From Candidatus Scalindua sp. (lineage in GTDB: Bacteria; Planctomycetota; Brocadiia; Brocadiales; Scalinduaceae): DNA of 32,000 nucleotides. This document shows, in pieces, positions 17,534 through 23,797 of the stretch. Location: positions 120,001 through 152,000 of the forward strand of contig JALDRA010000001.1 of assembly GCA_031316235.1 (NCBI GenBank), written 5' to 3'. The notes below the pieces were generated by a model. The model ran no database searches. It was not told the DNA's origin and worked only from the letters and a program-made list of their open reading frames with translations. The first letter of the stretch is position 1, and every line of letters starts with the position of its first letter. Made by a program: the position numbers and the translations under genes.

Positions 17534-18346
17534 TTATAAAAGATTTTGCAATGATTGTTTCAACTGTTTTGCCGTGGCTATCCTGTTTGAGGGATCTTCC
17601 TCCAGTGAAGCCATTATTACGTCCTCTAGTTTCTGTGGAATCAAGCGGTTTATATCTCTTGGTGGTATTTTTGAATCCTTCCATTTCTGTTTTGTCAAGG
17701 TTTCATACATGACTGCACCGGTAGAATAGATATCTGTCTTATCATCAAGGGACAAAAAGAATGAAATTGCTTCCAGGGGAATATTTTCTGGCTGATTTCT
17801 GAGATTATGCAGCAGGTCAATCTGCTCAGGGGAGGCATAATCCATGCTTATACCCTTTATTATGTCAGCTTTTCTTATGGCGAGTTCAAAATCAATCAAA
17901 TATGTTGTATTCGTATCCGGATCAATCATGATGTGACCAGGTTTAATATCGCAGTGAATAAGGTTTTTTGAGTGGAGATAATCCAGCGGATCACAGACGC
18001 TTATGTAACATTCTATGATATTTTTTATTTGACTGGAAAAATCTTCAGCCATTTTCTCTTGAAAATAACCAACGAGGTCGATGTCACTCGTATGATCAAG
18101 AACGATAAAATACTGGGTAAGGACTACCTCTTTATCCTTATACATGGTGCCTTGCCCATAATCGTAAACCTTGGGTATCTGTTTCTGGTCCAACTGATGC
18201 AAAATACGGAATTCACCATCAAATGACATGTGCGGACAATATTTTATACCTAGACTCGTCTCGTTTTCCAGTACGGCATAATTTGACTTATGCAGATTTG
18301 CAATCGTCTTAAATGATTTAAAGGTGTAGTCCTTGATCCTGTACAT
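17534..18346 (-). CDS. Hanks-type Ser/Thr protein-kinase-like protein with atypical catalytic motifs
   Basis: 270 aa, kinase domain only. The catalytic loop is HCDIKPGH (17933-17956) versus HRDxKxxN. DFE (17885-17893) replaces DFG, and SPE replaces APE. DIYSTGAVMYE and the subdomain XI Arg (PSNR) are present. There is no glycine in the expected GxGxxG region (KTIANLHKSNYAV). The candidate VAIK Lys is in LGIKY. Confidence 0.75.
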   Translation of the reverse strand: MYRIKDYTFKSFKTIANLHKSNYAVLENETSLGIKYCPHMSFDGEFRILHQLDQKQIPKVYDYGQGTMYKDKEVVLTQYFIVLDHTSDIDLVGYFQEKMAEDFSSQIKNIIECYISVCDPLDYLHSKNLIHCDIKPGHIMIDPDTNTTYLIDFELAIRKADIIKGISMDYASPEQIDLLHNLRNQPENIPLEAISFFLSLDDKTDIYSTGAVMYETLTKQKWKDSKIPPRDINRLIPQKLEDVIMASLEEDPSNRIATAKQLKQSLQNLL

Positions 18347-18777
18347 CGCGGGCCCTTATTGATAGTTCGTTATGTTTTTTTCACTTGCGGCATTAGTATC
18401 TATATGGTATTAAGTTACAGTTTATTATGGGAGGATTATACCGTTAGCTTTCTTAACTGCATCGGTAAAGATAAAAAAAATAATGAAGGAAACATGATAA
18501 CCTATTATAAAATAATGTGTTACCAGATTTTCACTTGAATGTAACTATCTTTTTTAACAAAACATTCTTTACAAAGGAGGTGTATAGTGCGCTAAATTGT
18601 GGTGGCATCGTACCAAAATTCCAATTTAATGTAAAATGATTTTTGGTATTGCAGAAGAATTATATTTATTTTATTAATTGAAATCTGTTTAAGCGTTTTT
18701 AACCTTTGTAACATCGTGTTTGAGAAGACCAATAACATGTCTGTTTCAAGGTTAATATAAAATGGAGGAGGGGAATA

Positions 18778-20343
18778 GTGAGGTATTTTCTTTTAAAAAA
18801 TAATAAGTATAAGGGTGCAATGAAATGGATTAATCTGGCTTATTTTATCGTGTGTGTTTCGTGTCTTGTGTATTTTGGCTCAAAGGTTGTATGCGCTGGT
18901 GATCCAAGCGGCGAAAATACCTTTTCTGATAGTATTGAAGGACTTAAAGTCTCCATTAACATGACATGGACTCTCGTTGCTGCATTCCTGGTGTTTTCCA
19001 TGCAGGCAGGTTTTGCATTCCTGGGCGGTTTCTTACAGTCTAAAAACATGTTAGGCTATATGGCACACTGTTTCGTCGATGGAACTATCGGCGCGCTCGT
19101 TTTCTGGATGTTTGGTTTTGCATTGATGTTTGGCGGATCAGGACTCCACTCGGGTCTTGAAAGTGGAAACTCGATTATAGGATACAGCGGGTTCTTTCTT
19201 GCTGGTGAGGCTTATGACGTTCAGTCTATCATGTTCTGGCTATTCCAGATGGTATTCTGCACAAAGGCAGTCACCATTATTGCCGGAGCTGTGGCTGAAC
19301 GTATGAAATTCGCCCCGTATTTAATCTACAGCTTTGTTGTATGCGGATTTATCTATCCTGTTTACGGGCACTGGGTATGGGGTGGTGGCTGGCTAGGAAA
19401 TCTCCCCATTGGCTCAGGCGTCATGGACTTTGCAGGATCAGCAGTAGTGCACACTATTGGTGGTATGCTTGCCCTGGTCGGGGCGTTTTTCCTGGGACCA
19501 CGATCTAAGAAATTCAACCCGGACGGGTCATCAAACGCCATCCCCGGTCACGACCTTACCCTGGTAGTTGTTGGTACACTGCTTCTGGCATTTGGCTGGT
19601 TCGGTTTCAATGCGGGCAGCACATGTGCGGCAACTGACTTAAGGATCTCCGTCGTAGCCGTAAATACCTTTATCGCCGCAGCTGCCGGAGCCACTATCGT
19701 AATCTTTATCTCATATGCTTACTTTGGTTTCAGCGATATCGGTCTTGCATGTAACGGTGCACTTGGCGGGTTGGTAGCAATAACCGGTCCTTGCGCCTTT
19801 GTCGCCCCCTGGGCTGCTGTAGTGATTGGTTTGCTTGCCGGACTGGTAATGTGGGGAACCGTTATCTTTGTTGAATCAAAGCTCAAAATAGACGATCCCC
19901 TTGGTGCAGTCGCCGTGCACGGTGCAAACGGCATATGGGGCATGCTTGCGCTTGGAATATTTGCTGATGGTACATACGGAGGCGTAAACGGCCTCATAAC
20001 CGGTTCCGGTGCGCAGCTTCTTGCCCAGGCAATCGGTGTTGCTGTTGCAATGGGATGGGCACTCGGTATCGGTAGTATCTTATTTTTTGTACTAAAAGTA
20101 ACGATGGGATTACGTGTTTCCGAATTGATTGAACACGAAGGCGTGGACATCCACCTTCATGGATCACCTTGTTACCCTGCCCAGGAAGAGATCACTTCTC
20201 AGGTAGGCCCTGTAATTGAGCAGGAGATAGAGACCAGAGAAACTGCATTACTGGAAGAATCTCTGGCCAAGGATGCGAGCAGGGAAAAAATCTACTCTGA
20301 AAAACTCGGAAGATGGATTTACGCCAAACTGAAGCAAGAGTAG
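18778..20343 (+). CDS. amt: Ammonium transporter (Amt family) with a long acidic C-terminal tail
   Basis: 521 aa. It has the Amt signatures DFAGSAVVHTIGG, GWFGFNAGS and AVHGANGIWG, plus an N-terminal signal-like segment. The GTG start at 18778 sits 4 nt after GGAGGAGGGG. The alternative start is ATG 18820 (MKWINLAYF). About 63 aa follow the EGVDIHLHG motif, versus about 20 aa in the paralog at 21645..23069. Confidence 0.9.
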   Translation: MRYFLLKNNKYKGAMKWINLAYFIVCVSCLVYFGSKVVCAGDPSGENTFSDSIEGLKVSINMTWTLVAAFLVFSMQAGFAFLGGFLQSKNMLGYMAHCFVDGTIGALVFWMFGFALMFGGSGLHSGLESGNSIIGYSGFFLAGEAYDVQSIMFWLFQMVFCTKAVTIIAGAVAERMKFAPYLIYSFVVCGFIYPVYGHWVWGGGWLGNLPIGSGVMDFAGSAVVHTIGGMLALVGAFFLGPRSKKFNPDGSSNAIPGHDLTLVVVGTLLLAFGWFGFNAGSTCAATDLRISVVAVNTFIAAAAGATIVIFISYAYFGFSDIGLACNGALGGLVAITGPCAFVAPWAAVVIGLLAGLVMWGTVIFVESKLKIDDPLGAVAVHGANGIWGMLALGIFADGTYGGVNGLITGSGAQLLAQAIGVAVAMGWALGIGSILFFVLKVTMGLRVSELIEHEGVDIHLHGSPCYPAQEEITSQVGPVIEQEIETRETALLEESLAKDASREKIYSEKLGRWIYAKLKQE

Positions 20344-20369
20344 GATCAGAAACATTTGCCGTAAATCAA

Positions 20370-20398
20370 TTGAAAAAGTACCTGTATGGTAGTATAAT
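20370..20398 (+). promoter_or_regulatory. Near-consensus sigma70-type promoter between amt and glnK
   Basis: -35 TTGAAA (20370-20375), an exact 17-nt spacer, and a perfect -10 TATAAT (20393-20398). It lies about 36 nt upstream of the glnK GTG and its AAGGAGAG Shine-Dalgarno. This is a motif match only. Confidence 0.45.
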
Positions 20399-20434
20399 GA
20401 TTTAAATTTTATATCCAAAGAAGGAGAGTAAAAC

Positions 20435-20773
20435 GTGAAAAAAATAGAGGCTATAATCCGTCCCGAAAAATTTGATATAATTAAAGATGCTCTGACAGAG
20501 CAGGGATACGCGGGTATGTCTGTTACCGAGTTAAAGGGGCACGGCAACCAAAAGGGTGTCAGTGAAGTCTGGCGAGGAAAGAGGTACCGAGTAGACCTCC
20601 TGCCAAAGATAAAGCTGGAAATTGTAGTGAAAGATGAGGATGAGGAAAAAGTAATCAACACGATTATTGCCGAGTCGCAGACAGGCAGCATTGGAGATGG
20701 AAAGATATTTGTACATGATCTTTCCAATGTCTACAGGATTCGAACCGCAGAGCAGGGCGACGTTGCAATCTGA
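20435..20773 (+). CDS. glnK: Nitrogen regulatory protein P-II (GlnK type, adjacent to amt)
   Basis: 112 aa, GTG start after AAGGAGAG. The sequence MKKIEAIIRPEKFDIIKDAL...ELKGHGNQKGVSEVWRGKRYRVDLLPKIKLEIVV...TGSIGDGKIFV aligns colinearly with canonical P-II. The T-loop Tyr51 is present. Confidence 0.92.
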   Translation: MKKIEAIIRPEKFDIIKDALTEQGYAGMSVTELKGHGNQKGVSEVWRGKRYRVDLLPKIKLEIVVKDEDEEKVINTIIAESQTGSIGDGKIFVHDLSNVYRIRTAEQGDVAI

Positions 20774-20795
20774 TGAACGGTACCTGATTTTAAAT

Positions 20796-20935
20796 GTATA
20801 CTCATCTCATACTGGATTTCGGATACAATCCGGGATACAATTGAGCGAGTAAAGTCCTCGACGCTTTTTGCCCGGGGATACCTTCACCAATATTTGATTT
20901 CCGGTAAAACCGAAAACCAAATCGGTTTTAGTTAT
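20796..20935 (-). repeat. Intergenic hairpin repeat, copy 5 (subfamily A, full length)
   Basis: The sequence is GTATACTCATCTCATACTGGATTTCGGATACAATCCGGGATACAATTGAGCGAGTAAAGTCCTCGACGCTTTTTGCCCGGGGATACCTTCACCAATATTTGATTTCCGGTAAAACCGAAAACCAAATCGGTTTTAGTTAT. It is nearly identical to the reverse complement of copy 31184-31326. It starts 22 nt after the glnK stop. Confidence 0.9.
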
Positions 20936-21585
20936 TACTGCTTACTATCCTCCTTCCGCTTTGCGGGCAGGCGGATAGTAAGCAAAAAACAGGATCCACC
21001 GGTTATTCCTGTTCCGCTCCTGCAGGAAGAGAAAACTAGCTGACAACCAGCCTATCTGCACTCTGTACCCTAAACTTAAAAAGTGCCATGAGTCTATGAA
21101 TCTAACCTGTAGAGGGTGCCCAGTGAGACAGAAGGTGATATAGAACCTTAAATGGCTGCAACTATCTCGAAGCACAAAGATAAAATAAATAGCACCTCTC
21201 CTCTTCCCACTTTACCATCAAACCTCTTTGGAAAACGAAATCATCAGCTCATACTAAGGTCGCTACTTGAAAAGAGAGAAATGTAAATTTACCTTTAAGC
21301 AAGCAACGAAGATAACAAAATAGTCTTATTCAGAAATAAATAATGTAAGTTGTTATAAATAATCGACTTAACTCTCTATGGATGGAACAGGCATGATACA
21401 GTAAACCAATCTGTTATCTGGCAGTAACCAGCCTACACAAAATGGTCTGATGGCATAACAGCCATTACTACATACAGTTAGCTGTCACAATAGAACAGGC
21501 TGGCCCCGCGAAAGTAAGCTATCTGTTGCCGGCTTATTTCTGCCAGTTGTCATTGTCTTACATGGATAGACAGTCAGCAAAAGGC

Positions 21586-21622
21586 AAAAAAAAACCCCGC
21601 CTCGAAATCCGGCGGGGTTTTT
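21586..21622 (-). terminator. Rho-independent (potentially bidirectional) terminator after the second amt gene
   Basis: GC-rich 7-bp stem: CCCCGCC (21595-21601) pairs with GGCGGGG (21611-21617). It is flanked by a 9-A run on the plus strand (a 9-T tail for the minus-strand transcript) and a 5-T run on the other side. It lies 23 nt after the stop at 21645. Confidence 0.7.
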
Positions 21623-21644
21623 CGTGAGAATTTTTTATTCACAT

Positions 21645-23069
21645 CTATGCAACAGCACCGTGTGAATTAGCGCCTCCAGCAGGTTCCTGAATTGGATAAC
21701 ATGCTGTGCCATGAATGTTGATGTCCAACCCCTCTTTTTCAACATCCTCAGACACCCTCATCTTTGAATTGCCTTTACTTCCACGCAGCATACTGAAAAT
21801 TACAAAACTTAAACCGCCTGCCCAGGCAAATGCTACACCACAGGCAATTAATTGTGAGACTAACTGACCATAGTGACCGGTTATTACACCCTGAACACCA
21901 CCATATGAACCATCGGCAAAAATACCCAATGCAATCAGACCCCAAAAACCATTAGCACCATGCACCGAGCATGCACCCAGCGGATCATCAACTCTGAATT
22001 TATTTGCAATAATCCAGACTGAAATCAGATAGAGAATAGAACCGATAAACCCTATCAGAACTGCTCCCCACGGTGCAACATAGGCACAAGGTGCGGAAAT
22101 AGCAACCAGGCCGGCCAGGCACCCGTTACACGCTTCACCAACATCGGTGTGCCCTGAAATCAGGTAAGTAAGAAACAGTACCGTAACAGCCCCTACTGAA
22201 CCCGCAAGCAATGTGTTTGCAGCAATTACGGACGCTCTGAGGTCACCAGATGCCAAAGTGCTTCCTGCATCATACCCTAACCATCCAAACATCAGGAGTA
22301 TCGTACCGATAATCATGTAGCCAACATTATGACCTTCTATGGTATTCGAAGAACCATCATCGTTGTACTTCCCTTTTCTTGCTCCCAGGAAAGCGGCACC
22401 CACAAAACCGATTGTACCACCGATTGCATGTACTACACCTGAACCTGCAAAATCTCGAACACCCACACCATACGGAAGATTCCATAGCCAGCCTTCTCCC
22501 CATACCCAATGCCCATAGATGGGATAGATAAAAATATACACGAAGAAAAGAAGCAGCACATAGGAACAAAGTTTCATTCTCTCGGCAACAGCCCCGGCAA
22601 TAATGCTGCCTATGAAGGTTGCAACAACGGCCATGAACAGAAACAACAGTATTGTTCTGACGTCATATGCATCTCCCAGTAACATGAAACCGCTGGTCCC
22701 CAGATATTCATTTCCTTTCCCGATATGCGCTCCTAAGAATTCAAATCCTCCAAACATGAGCCCGAACCCTACAAACCAGTATATGAGTACACCAAGGGTG
22801 GTGGCAATGAAACAATGGGTCATATAATTTAATGTATTCTTTGCGGGAATTAACCCGCCTAACAATACAAAACCCACCTGCATGAATAAAATAGTAAATC
22901 CGGTCAGCAGGATCCAAGAAAAACTGTTAGATAAATTAATCCCTCTGAGATCTAACGCAAAAGTTTTATCTCCGGTCGGATCTCCCGCTTCAGAAATACC
23001 AAACAACAGAAAAACAGTAATGCTGGCAACAAATAAATACAACCACAAATTTTTCATTTTAAACACCAT
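21645..23069 (-). CDS. amt: Ammonium transporter (Amt family), second paralog
   Basis: 474 aa. It has DFAGSGVVHAIGG, GWLGYDAGS and SVHGANGFWG. The ATG at 23069 is preceded by AAGGAGGAG at 9-nt spacing. The N-terminal signal-like segment is followed by AGDPTGDKTF, versus AGDPSGENTF in the other paralog. Confidence 0.9.
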   Translation of the reverse strand: MVFKMKNLWLYLFVASITVFLLFGISEAGDPTGDKTFALDLRGINLSNSFSWILLTGFTILFMQVGFVLLGGLIPAKNTLNYMTHCFIATTLGVLIYWFVGFGLMFGGFEFLGAHIGKGNEYLGTSGFMLLGDAYDVRTILLFLFMAVVATFIGSIIAGAVAERMKLCSYVLLLFFVYIFIYPIYGHWVWGEGWLWNLPYGVGVRDFAGSGVVHAIGGTIGFVGAAFLGARKGKYNDDGSSNTIEGHNVGYMIIGTILLMFGWLGYDAGSTLASGDLRASVIAANTLLAGSVGAVTVLFLTYLISGHTDVGEACNGCLAGLVAISAPCAYVAPWGAVLIGFIGSILYLISVWIIANKFRVDDPLGACSVHGANGFWGLIALGIFADGSYGGVQGVITGHYGQLVSQLIACGVAFAWAGGLSFVIFSMLRGSKGNSKMRVSEDVEKEGLDINIHGTACYPIQEPAGGANSHGAVA

Positions 23070-23508
23070 ACGCTATTACTCCTCCTTTCTCCTATTATAA
23101 AAACAAACAACCAAAAACATAATAGACAACAATACCCTCAGACATCTTCTCTCGCAGCTTAAGCATCCCGGTTAAGCCAGCGGTACCTGTCAAAAGAGCC
23201 TGACTGTTTAATTGTCTCTTTTGACTTTTACTCACACCAGCAACGCTGATACCAAAAACCCATCAAGTGAGAATAAAATTTATGTGCATCCAAGCAGCCA
23301 CAGTGTATGCCGGAAACAAACGGCAAAATGCTGAAAGGGTAAAAAATCATAACATGCAAGGTAAAGGACCCTTACACAAAGAAAGCGTTTACCTATTCAA
23401 TACAAAACAAGAAAACAGGCTGATACGTTTGTTACCATAACAGGGGAATCTTACAATTCTCATTTCACACAAACAGTGGCTTGTTTCAGCCAGTAAGGAT
23501 TTCAGCAA

Positions 23509-23653
23509 ATTATACTCATCACATAATGGTTTCCGGATAAAATCCGAGATAAAATTGAGCGAGTATAAGTCCTCGGCACTTTTTGTCCGGGGATACCTGT
23601 AACCAAGATCTGGTTGCCGGTAAAACCGAGAACCAGATCGGTTTTAGTATATC
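23509..23653 (-). repeat. Intergenic hairpin repeat, copy 6 (subfamily A, full length, with a compensatory stem change)
   Basis: The sequence is TATACTCATCACATAATGGTTTCCGGATAAAATCCGAGATAAAATTGAGCGAGTATAAGTCCTCGGCACTTTTTGTCCGGGGATACC...GATCTGGTTGCCGGTAAAACCGAGAACCAGATCGGTTTTAGTATATC. Confidence 0.9.
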
Positions 23654-23797
23654 ATTCGGTCAAAAAATGAAACTCATCCTTGCTTTTAAATTTTTTTGTT
23701 TCATAATAGGGAGCTTTACCTGTATTACTATCATCAAGAAAAAACAAGGAGTTTCACGGCTTCATATCGAATAAAGCCTGGGAAGAGAAACGAGCAC

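Noticed and set aside
18347-18777. Search for sigma54 (TGGCAC-N5-TTGC) or NtcA-like (GTA-N8-TAC) sites upstream of the amt genes. Examples are TGGCATCGTACCAAAA near 18612 and GTAAAGGACCCTTAC near 23361.
   Set aside because: The -12 element is absent in the first, and the spacing is N9 in the second. Neither meets its consensus, so no regulatory call is made.
20570-20587. GlnK T-loop reads EVWRGKRY. At first I read the Trp as replacing the uridylylated Tyr.
   Set aside because: Residue-by-residue alignment with E. coli GlnK puts Trp at position 46 (normally Tyr46). The modification site Tyr51 is conserved (codon 20585-20587). There is no evidence for loss of the canonical site.
20736-20748. 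GGATTCGAACCGC, whose reverse complement GCGGTTCGAATCC looks like a tRNA T-arm.
   Set aside because: It lies inside the glnK coding sequence (YRIRTAEQ). The flanking bases do not form a T-stem or acceptor stem. I saw no tRNA elsewhere in the window.
20840-20870. GAGCGAGTAAAGTCCTCG inside the repeat resembles the conserved GAGGAAAGTCCGGGC core of RNase P RNA.
   Set aside because: The motif is present in every repeat copy, and none of the other RNase P conserved regions or helices flank it. It is a chance resemblance within a repeat.
20945-21175. 76-aa minus-strand ORF in the convergent gap.
   Set aside because: It has no ribosome-binding site, an odd composition and no motif. It starts inside a region better explained as non-coding.
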